64,000 bases of DNA from Tubulanus polymorphus (lineage: Eukaryota; Animalia; Nemertea): the NCBI RefSeq assembly GCF_964204645.1, contig NC_134032.1, forward strand, positions 5,568,275 through 5,632,274. The letters run 5' to 3'. Below are positions 51,130 through 64,000 of this stretch, piece by piece (the first letter of the stretch is position 1; every line of letters starts with the position of its first letter). Below the pieces are notes generated by a model, which worked only from the letters and a program-made list of their open reading frames with translations, ran no database searches and was not told where the DNA came from. The position numbers and the translations under genes are program-made.

Positions 51130-52064
51130 AATTGCCCATGGGCAAAGTGTGGTTTACCTTGAAAGCTAGAGGTTGTTTGGAGTAAGGGCATAAGAATTTT
51201 CCTGCCAAAAACAGTTTTTCGTCAAATTAAAACAAGATTGACCATGTCATCGACGGAGGTTCGCCATGTCTTCAATTGCATAGATTATATGTCGTTTAAC
51301 AGGGATGAGAACGCCGACCTCTAAAATCCGCGGGTTTTTTTTCTTGAGTTACAGATGCGAACCAGCTGACGGCGTATTTTAGAAATTAAATGCATTTTCC
51401 GAGCACTTAGAGCGATTTTGAACCCATGAACGACTATTATATTTTGGAAGGCAATGGCTAGTTCCAATGTGGTACATCCTCATTCGATGACATTCAGCAT
51501 CTCATGCATTACGGGTCGAGCCCTGAATTATTGCAATAAAAATGCGCCGATGAATGCTCACTAAAAATCATCACCCAGTAGTGTATAATATCCGAAGACG
51601 TTCGCCACACACGCGCGGCAACAGTAAGTAGGCCTATATACATTACTACTGTTGCCGCACGCGCGTGTCGGCAACCGATCGATAAAATACATAGGCCTAC
51701 ATACCCATCGTAGTACAAATGTAGATACAAAATCACTGTGTTGCAATGAATATGCATTGAAATGCGATACTTTTACGTGACGATAAGTAAAACAGGCTCT
51801 GAACGCTTTGACGGTTCACCTGATTACCGATCGCGCCAGACCAATTGAATGGGATGATCACCACCCCCCCCCCCCATACTTTTACATCATTTTTGGACTA
51901 TTTGGAAAATTGATATTTTTCAATACCGAAATCCGCGGGGAATTCTCATCCCTGGTTCTGATCCCGAGAATCAATGAAAAAATACTCACATAAAAAAACG
52001 TACCGCGATTTTACATGAATTGGCTCAATGCCAACCTCATACCGCTGACAAAGGTAAACCAAAA
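51130..52064 (+). mobile_element. Internally deleted HINE family B copy with nested hAT-like MITE (51300-51954)
   Basis: Family B termini; CAGGGATGAGAA/TTCTCATCCCTG element homologous to 24523-25259. Confidence 0.78.
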
Positions 52065-52185
52065 ACTCCAGGCAGCAGCTAAACTCGGGGCAGGCGCTGA
52101 TGAGAATCAAGTAGTTTATTCTATATGGCCTTCCTTATATGTGCACTTTGGGCAATGGTTAGGTTCTGAGTCTATTTATTTTCTA

Positions 52186-52931
52186 TTGACGTCGATCTTT
52201 TTGGGATATTTCGCTTAATTTTCGGTGTACATACCTCAAATAGGTCTTAATTGAATCAGTAGAGTTGTGCAATCCAGATAAATTATTGTTTTTATATTCA
52301 TTTTGAACCGATTTGAAGGATTGATAAAATTTATAATTAAAATATTCTCGAAAATTTAGCTTTAAATCGACAAGAACGACCGCCATCACGATGTTTATGA
52401 TGTAGTTCCAAGCATGCGCAAAGAGGCGGGGACGCATCAATCATATCAACGGGTATAGAGCAGCTTCTTGTTGCTGAGTGACCAATCAAAAATTCGTTTA
52501 GTTTACTTGTTTACTTACTTTTACTGGCTTTCATATAAGCAAATAAATATTTTCCCACAACTGCCGCACACGTCAATGCGGTTTGGAAATGATTTAGACC
52601 TGTAATAGTACAACCATTGCGACAGCGTGCCCGCGTAGTGAAACACGTGCGGGCAATGCATCTTCCCCATGAAAAATAATCTCACCCAGATCACATGGTA
52701 CATACTGCTCATTTGCATAAAGAAACAAACAAACACAAACAAAATGGCGGTCGTTCTCGGCAATTTAAAGCTCAATTTTCGAGCATATTTATCAATCCTT
52801 CAACTCAGCACAAAACCGATATAAAAACGATGATTTATCTGGACTGCACAACTCAACTTATTCGATTAATAAGACTAATTTAAGGTATGTACGCCGAAAA
52901 TATGCGAAATATCCCAAAAAAATCGATGTCA
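52186..52931. mobile_element. MITE with ~55-bp imperfect inverted repeats
   Basis: TGACGTCGATCTTTTTGGGATATTTCGC..GTACATACCT versus AGGTATGTAC..GCGAAATATCCCAAAAAAATCGATGTCA. Confidence 0.65.
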
Positions 52932-53320
52932 GACTAACGGTACTCTCTTCATTTTCAATGAAAACTGCTTCACCAGACTGTTAGTGTTGGCAGGCAAACC
53001 TACGGTTTCACAAAGAAGTAGATCTTTGACAAACACATTTATTCAATCAGTGAATTTAGCAATCTAGCAAATATATAAACCTGGAACCTAAATCACCAAA
53101 AACAATGCAATATTTGACAAATCAAGAATAACTTATTATCGCTGAATTAGATAATTTTGCGAATTTGGCCATCTTCACCCGTCAAGGGATTCGAACCCAC
53201 TACGCTAAAGCTGTTCCACGAACCCCTTGACCTCATGAGTGGTTGGAGTCGTTACTAGCCGACCAGAATCCGGTTGTACCAATCACAGCGCTTGTAACAA
53301 ACGACTTTAGGCTTTTATTG

Positions 53321-55408
53321 TAGGGATTTCAGGTTGAAAATTTCTATGTGTCCTATGTGTCATTCTAATAGCTTAAAATGAAGAAGGGGATAACATAAGC
53401 ATACAGCACTTTACAGAATCAAAATTGGTCAAGCGGTTCAAAAGTTATAAGCAATCTAAGGGTGGAAATTTGGGGTATTTTTGTCATTCGATTGCGCAAT
53501 ACACTTAAGTTCATTTCCAATGAAACTATCAGACAGGAAGTGTCTAGGTTTTGCTGCTTTTTAGCCGGATAAAGGAATTAAATTCAACATTAAAACCAAC
53601 ATAACTCCGATAATTTTTATCCGTTTAAAACCTAACTTGGTCAGTATGTTGTCTATACAAAGTTTGTTTAGATTCATGTAAGTAATTGCACAAATATGTG
53701 AATTAGGCTATTGTGCATACTAATTATCTAATTAATACCCACTACTATAACCATTTACACGCAATATTATAGTTTATTTCTCAAGATAAATGATACTTTA
53801 GACATGGAATATCAATTTTGAGATAATATACCGAAGATATCGTGCATCAGGGTGATACCGATTACCACGGTAACCATAAGGTAAGCATCAAGGCCGCCAT
53901 CTTGAATCTAATTAACTACATCTTAATGTATTTAGTTGATTCGATATGGCCTTATAGACTTATATTATTTGAAATAACTAATCTTAGTGGATAAGTTCAA
54001 TGTTTTAAAGCCTTCTGAAATAAAAGATACTAATAATATCATTATATTTCAGATACTCACTTGCCGCAGAAGAATAGGATAAAGCATTGAAGAGATCTAC
54101 TACATGGTTTTCCGAAATTAAATCAAATTGAAATGAATGGAAAAGCCTTTGTTTTTCTTAAGAGATCCCTAGGCCCTAACAGATTTACCCATGAAATATC
54201 TATATCATGATATCTCAAATTGAGGCTCGAGGAATGCCGCCATCTTGTTTTGCGTCGATATTTCATCAGAAAGTCAATTTTAAAAAAAGTATGTCATGTC
54301 TGGTATCTAATTAACGGTCTCCTTCTAGGCAAGTCATTCGAATGAAAAAGAAAATTGATTATATAATCCTCTAGAATCTATTTGATTAACCATTGGTTGG
54401 TGGGTATTTTAGGCCTAGCAGCGGCAGTTATTTAGCGAAAGGGTCAATTGGAATTGAAAAACCATGAACAAATGAATAACAACTGCTTTTCAGAGGGATA
54501 TCCTAGTATTCAAGATGAGATGATTACCTAGAGGTGAAGCAGATAGGAAAAAAAATTTCTTTTTAGCAAAAAATGAGCTAAAACTTAGACAAAACTTGGA
54601 TTCTTGTGCAAAATACTCAAAGTTTTTAAATTGGGTAGGCCTAACCATTATTCGTCTTATATATTGCCGATTTCGTAATAAAGTATGAGTTTATTGAGTG
54701 AAAGTGGTGTTTTACTTGCTAAATTAACATTTAGAGTGGTAAAAATGAACCAGGAAGTGTTTTGATTGATCAGCTGGCAGCCGATGTGGAGCCGGTAGTG
54801 ACCCGGATGTAAACAATTTGAAGCGCCTTGCCGACTTTAGGTCAAAATCCACGAAAGACTACTAAATCAATCTTAAAAGTAAAAATTGAAAACAATATAA
54901 AAACAATATATAAAGTATCTTATATTATTATGTAGTAGAGTGCAAGTTGTTAAAATTATTAATTTTAGCGTATGAGCACTTTGAATTATGTTTACGACTT
55001 TTCCCGAGTGATAGGCCTACAGGGCCTACCAAAACTTGCACGCACCGACATGCTCTACATGAAACATGTACTTAAAATATTCTGAGGTCAAATATCCAGC
55101 CAATCAGCAGCGGGCTCGCGGATTTGACCCAAAAAATTTCATGTGTTTGAAAAATGTATGAACAAACATGGCCGCCATCTTGTTTCCTAGAAATGAGCCG
55201 ATGCGCGCTGAACTACGACTTATTGCTCCGTAACTGTGCAAGATACATTCATGAAATTTACACCACAACAAATAACCGGTAAATTGAGTATACTGAGAAA
55301 GTTTGGCTTTAATCGGATAAAGAATACATTTTTTATGAGCGATTGAAAATTTGAAGCGTGGAAAACACTAATTATGACACATTTTGATCACGTGGCCTGA
55401 AATCCCTA
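53321..55408. mobile_element. Non-autonomous hAT-like element (2088 bp) with apparent 7-bp TSD
   Basis: TIR TAGGGATTTCAGG/CCTGAAATCCCTA; flanks TTTATTG/TCTATTG; empty site GGCTTCTATTGGTT at ~37401. Confidence 0.82.
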
Positions 55409-55659
55409 TCTATTGGTTTAACCGTTAAATGGACCAATCAGCGAACGTTTTACTGAACCAACAAGGAAGTATTTCGCGAATCGATATATGACGTCATGCG
55501 CAACAGTGGCAGTAATGAAATCACGGTTCGTGAGGCCAGGGGGCTGGTGGAAGCGAGTTCGGGGGAGTGATACCGGACCCCTGACAAGCGAGGATTCGTT
55601 TAGCTTTCTTATGATTTGATTGTTCTGCTTTTCCGTGAAATAAATATAGAATTGAATTG

Positions 55660-56050
55660 AATTGGCGTATTTGCGTTGGTCTTCTTAACGATCACGTGAT
55701 CACGCCCGCCGCGCGCCGCGGTGAAGAAGACGCGACCTCCATTTTACTGAAGATCGCGCTCGACGCGATCTTCGCAACCGAATTCAATGCGCGTCCGTGT
55801 AACCGCCAAAAAGAACGGTGTCACTCCATAACGCCCCGAATTCGGCATTCATACCTTTGTAATGAGTTGACACCAGTATCAGCACTGCGACGCGTAATTT
55901 AGAAAAGTTTTTTGTTTTTCAGCCGTCGATTGGAATTTTCGGTTACTAAAAACCGGAAGTGACGAGTATCGGTGCGCGTAGCTCTCGAGGACAAAGAGCG
56001 CGCACCAGAACAATTCAGTCGCCGAACAAACTTAAACCTAGGTACTGTAG
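55660..56050. promoter_or_regulatory. CpG-rich promoter-like region (candidate ZF-gene or bidirectional promoter)
   Basis: Local CpG enrichment; E-box palindrome GATCACGTGATC (55690); YY1-like AAAATGGAGG on minus (~55740); ETS CCGGAAGT (55953); minus donor AAG|GTATGA at 55854. Confidence 0.45.
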
Positions 56051-56516
56051 TCTCGAAACACTAAACCGGGCATCTATCTTAACAGTCTAATAAGCATTTT
56101 ACCCGTTGAAATTTATCTTCCCTTTCCGAACATTGAGAATTCTTTCCGTCCCGGTTAAAGTGTTCGCTATAGGCTAGATGAATTGAAGAATAATTCAATA
56201 AATCCGAATTTAATTGTAGTAGAAAGCTTGTTCCGCGGCGTAAGTCGTCTTACTATTATAGCTAAATCCTCGGCTTTCGAGCTGAATTGAATTAGAAAGC
56301 CTATTTTCACATTTTCGGTGAGTTGATAAGGTTTGATTTATTGAGTATGAATATTCTATTTGAGATTAAGAACATGTTAACGTATTCAACCGAAATTTTT
56401 TTGAAATTAACTGGCTCCGGCTTGTGTAGGTAGGCGAGGTAGGGAGGAGGGTTTTCAATAGTATAGTTAAGTTAATATTAGTTAGACCTCAGTCTCATCA
56501 TCGTTTAGTGCAGTGA

Positions 56517-57787
56517 GTGGTAAGCTTTTCATTATCGGATGGGCTTATACCAACGTTAGGTATGACAAGGGCCAAAACACGGTTGAAAAAAAGTAACACT
56601 TCAAAAATATACTTTCTATTCACTTCAGTCCACAATTAATGGCTTTATTCACAAACTAACACGGTACCTTTCTTTCGTAAATTCAATTTTTTAGGCCTAT
56701 GACATGTTTCGAACGATTAATCAACATTATTTTGAGAAATTAATTAATTTCTCCACAAATTCCGCCATTTCTGTGTACACTGTGGCTACTCGTACGGATT
56801 ACTCTGCCCGGAGGCTATTTGTACGGAACTAGGATCCAATACGCCAATAACTATCGCTGATTGGCTGATTAACGCCGCGCATGCGTACAGAGGTGCGCGA
56901 CTTAGAAAATTCAAGGAAAGTGTGGAGAATATTGTTAGAGAAGAATAGAGCGAAACTCGAACCCGGGCCAGTGGCAGTAAATTATTACTAGCGCAGCATC
57001 ATAGGCTACCACTAGACCACCGAGCTCGCTGACAGTCGGCCGAATGTTTTAACTACATATAGCCTCACCTTACCCTAACCCTATACCTTCCCGTACGAAC
57101 CAGAGTAATCCATACGGGTGCGTACGAATTAGCTACGGAATTATTCGTACGTGTCCGTACGAGTAGCCACTTCGTTCTGTGTATTGCATATATGTGGCAT
57201 GTTAGACAAGGTGACCTACAAGGATTTATATAAAACTTCCAAAACGAAACGACAATTTGTATTTTTTAAGGTTTTTCAATATTTATTTCAAATCTTCGTG
57301 TTTTCCATAATAAATAATGAAATAATAAATTCCGGTTGAAGAAAAATATGAATTTGTGTTGACTTATTAATTTTTTCAATTTCGTCGTTTCGTTTCGTTA
57401 GTTTGTGTTGTTGTCCTGGCCTCAGTCCACAGGTGCCAGCACCCTCCACAAGTTTTCAAAATGGCCACCGTTTACTCGACGGAAAATTACTCTCACTTTA
57501 TGGCCGATCTGCACATGGATGAAGATCCTCAGGTGAGGTGTTATAGGTATCAAACAAACTATGAATCTATTGTGCGTTGATTACAACAAAAATTAGACGG
57601 ATATCTTGAGAGACAATGAAATGACAGGCAAATTACTTGTCAGTCAAATTGGCTTGTTTCAAGATCGGATATTTTCACAAACCACATTCAGGAATGGGAA
57701 GGTCATTTTTGCAGGCAATTTTTGTCTTTTGGCCCTTGTCATCCTTAACGTTGGTATAAGCCCATCCGATGATAAAAAGCTTACCAC
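56517..57787. mobile_element. Non-autonomous DNA transposon with ~60-bp TIRs
   Basis: GTGGTAAGCTTTT..ATCGGATGGGCTTATACCAACGTTA..GACAAGGGCCAAAA and its reverse complement at 57727-57787. Confidence 0.8.
56778..57174. mobile_element. MULE-like MITE with 9-bp TSD carrying tRNA-like A/B boxes
   Basis: IR GTGGCTACTCGTACGGA/TCCGTACGAGTAGCCAC; TSD TTCTGTGTA at 56769-56777 and 57175-57183; related fragment at 60227-60345. Confidence 0.78.
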
Positions 57788-57808
57788 CAACGATTAGGTA
57801 ACTAACTA

Positions 57809-60067
57809 TTCTCAGCCGTAATAATAGTCTTCATTAGGAAGTGAACTAAATGTCATAAGGTCAAATGGTGACCAAATGATCAATTTCTTCGTTAACTCTT
57901 TGCCTGCCAGGTCTATTTTTCAGGAAATGCTGCACTTTGCCAGGATTTCCGTGTTTTTCAGAGATTCATAAAACAAAAACTAAAAGAGATATCATCATCA
58001 AATTTGTTTAATTTTGTTCATCTGGTCTTACTTTTTCATGTAAAATAAGCAGCATTTCTTCTAAAAGTGATAAAATCTGCAGCAATCACTAGTGCTGAGG
58101 GGGTATTTTGCATAAAATATGCCCATTCATGCGTGTTCATCCCCCATTTCAATAGATTACGTCACTAACGCATTGCATTGAATGACTGATGATAGTTTGT
58201 TTTAGTAGTAAAGGCTAGATAGGCTTAGGTAAACGAACTGGTGTTGTGCGATGAATTCGCCATCTATCGTTAAAGTTAAGAAACAAGTCAACCGTACCAG
58301 TACGTTTTTGGCAGGCAATGAGTTAAGTAACAATTGAAAGTAGAAAAGAAAAGTTGTATATCTTTGGAAATTGTCATCCGATTTCAATCAAACTTTGGGA
58401 AAATTCAGAATAATAGTTTCCCTATTGATTATAAAACTTAAACTTATTACTAATTAAGCCAATTAAGGGTAATTAGCTTAATTAATTGGCTCACTGCCAG
58501 ATCCAGGCATTTATCAGCTAAAACAGAGGATAAATGTTTACTAATTTGTGTTACCACTTTACACGGTTAAATGTATTTGACCACAATTATTCGCAAACAT
58601 CGCAACATATAAAAATTGGTTGCCATGGTAACCACTATATCAACCATTCATCATTGGGATCAAAATGGTTGTAGGCGCTCGGAAAGTATTTCAAACCCAA
58701 AGATGCATCATGATTGGTATCAAACTGACCGTATTTACCCCAACTTCCTCTATTTGATCAGGATTCATGCATTCAGCAGTTGATTGGTAAGAAAATATTA
58801 GTGATCAAGTAAGAACTTGAATTTGAAATTTAGGCCATGTCGCGTTAGGCCTAAAGGATCCTCGTAGCTTAAGAAGATCCAGAAAGAACCTATATGGAAT
58901 ATAAAGTACTTGAAGAAGGACCTATTACTTGAAACTTTTGTCTTTTGCAGGTGACTCTAAAGAACTATGATGAGGTTAAATAAGCCCACCCATCTTGAAA
59001 GAATCATAATGCAAAATGAAGGCCAAGTCCTAAAAGCTTAACTCTAACTGAACTGGAGTTATTTAAACTGCAACCTTCTTATCAAAATAACCTTCAATAT
59101 AGATAAGTTAATGGAATTGTGGATTGAGAATTTGATCCTCGTAGCTTAAGAAGATCCAGAAAGAACCTTTATGGTATATAAAGTACTTGAAGAAGGACCT
59201 ATTACTTGAAACTTTTATCTTTTGTATTTTATTGCTCATATCAAATTCTCGATCCACAATGCCATTAACTTATCTATATGGAAGCTTATTTAGATAAGAA
59301 GGTTGCAGTTCAAAAAACTCCATTTCAGTTAAGCTTTTAGGACTTGGCCTGTACATTTTGCATAATGATTCTTTCAAGTTGGGGTCGGCTTATTTAACTT
59401 CATCATAGTGTTTAGAGTCACCCGCAAAAGAAAAAAGTTTCAATTAATAGATCCTTCTTCAAGTACTTCATATACCACAAAGGTTGAAATTCAAGAATTC
59501 TTACTTAATCACTAATATTTTCTTGCCAATCATCTGAATGCAAGAATCCTGATTAAATAAAGGAAGCTGGGGTAAATACGGTCAGTTTGACACCAATCAT
59601 GATGCGTTATTGGGTTTGAAATACTCTCCGAGCGCCGGCAACCATTTTGATCCCAAGAATCAATTGTTTGCTATATTGGTTACCATGGCAACCAATTTTT
59701 ATGTGTTGCGGTGTAGGCGGTATATTATGGTTGGATGTATTTATCCCTGTAAAGTTGTAACTCAAATTAGTTAACATTTATCCTCTGCTTTTGGCTGATA
59801 AATACCTGGATCTGGCAATGAGTCAATTAATTAAGCTAATCACCCTTAATTGGCTTAATTAATAATTAGTTTCATTTTTATAATCAATAGGGAATTATTA
59901 TTCTGAATTTTCCAAAAGTTTGATTTAAATCGGATGACAATTTCCAGAGATATACAAGTTTCTTTCCTACTTTCAATTGTTTCTTAACTAAGAAATTGAT
60001 CATTTTGGTCACCATTTGACCTTATGACCTTTAGTTCATTCCTAAATGAAGACTCTATGGCTGAGAA
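57809..60067. mobile_element. Foldback element / long inverted repeat (~830-900-bp arms)
   Basis: TTCTCAGCC..GGCTGAGAA ends; arms are colinear reverse complements; spacer is a direct copy of 58857-58947. Confidence 0.85.
57896..58322. mobile_element. piggyBac-like MITE nested in the left foldback arm
   Basis: TIR CTCTTTGCCTGCCA/TGGCAGGCAATGAG, TTAA TSD; the right arm shows the empty site. Confidence 0.85.
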
Positions 60068-60589
60068 GTGCGATTTTCAGCCGACAAATTCCTTCATAAC
60101 TTTTGAACGGCTTGACCGATTTTAGTTCTGTAAATTGCTATGATCTTATATTAAACCCTTCTTTTATTTAGGCCTTTTAAATTATTTCTATAGTGTTTGG
60201 AAAATTTTCACTTGAAAACCCTTCTAAGGTGCGTGACATTATTTCAAGGAAAGTGTGGAGAATAGAGTTAGAAAAAGGAGCAAAGCGCGGGATTCGGCAT
60301 AGCAGGGACTAAACCTCACCCTAACCTTATCGAAACCCTAAAGGCAGTCGCGGGTACATTTCTGTGCGGTTCTGACATGACACAGTTTTGAAATACAGAC
60401 ATGTTAGACATTCGAGTTCATATTACTACACCGTTGTGGTCGTTTACTTTGGGTCCGCCGCATTCCGGACAACGCCTGCGCAATCAGCCAATTTCTCGAA
60501 CTAAAACGAAACAAACTTGATATTTTGTCTTTTAGACCTGTGCATAAAATGTCAGTTTGATAAAGATAACAAGGAAGAGTTTGAGGATC

Positions 60590-63500
60590 ATGACTTCAGC
60601 CTCTGAGTCGGTCGTCTTTGGTAAGTTCTTATAGTTTTGAATTTCTTGAAATGATGAAGGCACTTATTGCCATTTTTGTCAAGTTATGGGACCTTATATT
60701 TTGGTGCAGCTGAAAAGAAGCAATATTTTTCAGATTTACGGTATGTCTAATTTGAATGAATATATATTAGAATTTCAAATAGCCTACGACAGATTTCACA
60801 GTAAATGCCCCCACCCTTGGTCAATATTTCTTAGCCAATATAATTCCTTTGATATAGGGTAAATGGTAGGTATCTTTTTATTTTTCAGCGTGGATATATT
60901 AAATCTGATAAAAAAATTAATTTTTAAACCCAACAAGCAGTTGTTGCCTATTTTCTTTTAATAAAAGTTTTTCGAACGTATCGATGTTTGACCAAGATTA
61001 TTTACCGTTCCGTGTGCAGTCACTTTGAATGGTATTGATAGCGGTTGAATGCAGTCAGTAACTTAAACATCTACATACACCATATTGTACACCTTGTAAA
61101 CAATAACATTTCATTCAGAAAATGGTGCACGACCCTCAACCAAAAATATTCTAGGCAATTCTAAATAAGAATGAGGAATGAGACTTTATGGTCTTGAACT
61201 CTATCGTCGATTAACGATGTTTAACCTTTAGTAGTTACGACGCACTCTGTATGACCAAAAAAATTACGAACGTTAGATATTTTACCAAAGTAAAAAATAC
61301 TAGTATTTTACGAGATATACTTTCCTGGTTTCAGTTTCGTTTTGTCACTTAAGCAAAATGCTGAAGGGCAGCAATAGTTCCTACATGAAAACTTATAGGG
61401 AAAAATTAAAACAATCCCAGCCAGAAAAATATGCGCAATATCTAGAGCAGCAAAAGATTGCGGCAAAAGACAGACGCGATAAATTAAAGGCGGAACTACA
61501 AAAAAAACGGCCATCAAAAGACTCATTGCTAAAAAAAGAAAGGGACCTAGCTGCCGCCAGGGAGCGAAATAGAAAGTCTAGAGAAAAAAAAACTAGCCAG
61601 TGCTGCCTCTCAAGCACCTGCGGGCAGGTTTCTGATAATAAAACTGACACCAAAAGAAAAAAACAAACAAATGTGACCCGGTCAGCAGTCAGTCGGCGCA
61701 GAAAAAGTGTCGTAGAAACAAAAAAGAGCGTCGGCGCTATCATGCAAAAAAACAATTGTATGATGTAATTCAAACATCAAAAGCCAGTCCCGACACTCAC
61801 GCGTAAAAGAAGAGAAATCATAAAATCATTATACACGAAAATGGTCGACCGAGAAATTCCCATACATCGGGCTAAAGTAAAGAAAGTCTATAGCAGTGCC
61901 GCATTACGATATATCGCTAGAATTAAATCCAGTTACCGCTACTTGGCTCGTGTTTATAAAATCGATCGGAAAACTATAAGCCGCGCAGTGAAGCGCGGTG
62001 GAATGCGCAATAGACGATCTGATGCGTTGAGCGCGATAAATATCGACAAGGTTAAATCGTTCTATCATCGGGGGGGGGACATCTCTCGTGTTCTTCCATC
62101 GAAGCGATATGCGAACAAACATGGTCCCGGATATTCAATGCAAGTATCAATCTTGGCGGCCTTTCAAATATTCCATAAGGAAAATCCTGACGTTAAAATC
62201 GGCCTAACAAAATTCACTTTGCTACATCCTAAGAATGTTCGAAAACTAAACACCACATTAGAAACGTGTGAATGTGAGTACTGCCAGAACGTCAGATACA
62301 AGTTGCGCGCGTTATCGATCCATGGAGTCCGCTATACCGATGAAAATAAATTCATTGACGCGTTACTTTGCGAGAAATCAGATGGTGCACGTTTTCATTT
62401 ACCCCCCTGTATTAAAAAAATATGTGACAAATGTGGCTATCATTCTAAAACCATCCAAAATTTATGTGAATCCATCCTCGGAAATACAATATTAACATGG
62501 AACCACTGGGAAAAAAAACATGATCCCACTAACATTACCGCCCCACCAAAGAACGTCCTTTTGTGTAAACAATCAACCCTGAATGAGATTATATCAGAAT
62601 TTACACTAGACATATCAAACTGCGGTGGTGTTAGCTTTGTGCGGCACAATTTTACTGCCCGTTGGCAATGGTTTCAATACCGCTCCCTCAAAGATAAACT
62701 ACCCAAAACAATGGCCATAGCCATTTCTGATTTCGCAAAGAACCGAGAGATTAAATATCAGAACGAAATAAAATCTGCATTCTTCGGCAAAGCCCAAATA
62801 ACCATCCATCCGACAATCTTTTTCTACAAATCTCAATATGAACCCGATCGTCTTATCAGACATGCAGTTGTAGTCGTGAGTGATGACCGCCACCACGATT
62901 ACCACGCAGTTAACTCGTTCCTGAACGAATCGTACGATGAATTCGAAAATCAGGGCATCAAAGATTTGGTAGCCTTTTCTGATGGCTGTAGTTCACAGTA
63001 CAAAGGAAAGGGAATGTTTGCTAATTTGTCCCTATCCCCTCTCTCGATCCAGAGACACTACTTTGGGTCCGAACACGAAAAGGGTGAGGGAGACGGAGAG
63101 ATAGGGACAATCAACCGATGCGTCGATCGTGCCATCGCAGCAGGCATGGTTATAACTGATGCCCATTCATTTTTCAATTACTGCCGAGACAATCTTACAT
63201 CAGACCACCCCCTATCTAAAAGAACATTCGTGTACATAAGTAAAAACACCATCAACAGAAACAGACCGGAAACACACATTAAGACACTTTAGGGGTGCAG
63301 GCGTCGCCACGCCTTTTACAAACACACACACCCATATCAGTTAGTAGTAAGGAACTTTAGCTACTTCTGTGACGTTTGCTTAGACTACCCGTTGAATGAC
63401 AATGCCACGGCGCCATCAAAATGCAAAAACGAGGCTTATGTTGGGCCATTGAAAATAGAACCGTTACGGCTCGAAGACCCCTCAATGATGATCGATGAAG

Positions 63501-63943
63501 AACGAAGAGAGGAACCCGAAACTGTTGTTCTTCATGTTACAGTCCCTCTGTCGGCTGACGTCGAGGATCAGTCTGATCTTAATTATAAGGCAAGTCCAAC
63601 AACACGACAAAATAAAACAACGCTTTCGTGAAAAGTTGTATAAAATTCATTTTTATTGCTGAACTTACCTTCTTATTTTTTCGGTCAGGTTGGTGAATAC
63701 CATGCGGTTTTTTATGACCGCCGATTTTACATCGGTCGGATCGAGAAGATGGAAGGTGAAAACGTGACACTCACCATCCTGTACAGGACAGGCAATAGAT
63801 TTGAATGGCCGCGCCGCCCAGATATTGAAAGTGTACCAAAAGCCCTGCTTTTTTACAGGCCAGTAAAAATAAATGGCCATGGGCCATTTACTATTGAGAA
63901 CTTGAAAGAAATCGACGAGCAATACAAGCAGCTGGGTGACTGA
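60590..63943 (+). pseudogene. Decayed Sola2-like DDE transposase gene with C-terminal Tudor/SH3-like domain and two probable introns
   Basis: Motifs CECEYCQN, DFAKN..QNEIKSAFF..QITIHP, SDDRHHD, FSDGCSSQYK, YFGSEHEKGEGDG. In-frame stops at 61766 and 63290; introns 60621-61334 (GT-AG) and 63590-63688 (GC-AG) preserve frame. Superfamily assignment is from motif recall. Confidence 0.75.
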
Positions 63944-64000
63944 GACGACACGTTGAACGTTGAAATAATCAAATTGAATGAACATGTCAAATATTATGTA

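Noticed and set aside
57460-57540. Exon-like MATVYSTENY..PQ|GTGAGG
   Set aside because: Inside a TIR element; no downstream partner exon identified.

Overview
AT-rich, repeat-dense eukaryotic DNA, probably from a marine invertebrate (lophotrochozoan-like; species not determinable from sequence). The main host feature is one minus-strand multi-exon C2H2 zinc-finger gene, reconstructed by hand as 12 phase-compatible coding exons (44954 to 8271; 5157 nt, about 1718 aa, about 25 fingers). Its first 15 fingers look like three copies of a 5-finger module. Bases 1-2600 are an intronless, virus-like block (Polinton/adintovirus- or giant-virus-like). It carries an HNH endonuclease gene cleanly split by a Kolobok-like TTAA MITE, a motif shared upstream of three ATGs, and a 192-bp hairpin at its edge. 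A sister MITE sits exactly in the stop codon of the ZF gene. The rest is nested mobile DNA: two Gypsy remnants (one with a chromodomain, one internally inverted with microhomology junctions), LINE fragments, Helentron-type HINEs with a ~153-bp satellite, many MITEs, a 2.2-kb foldback, a pure (CAG)112 tract and a decayed, intron-containing Sola2-like transposase with a probable GC-AG intron. All calls come from reading the sequence; no database searches were run.
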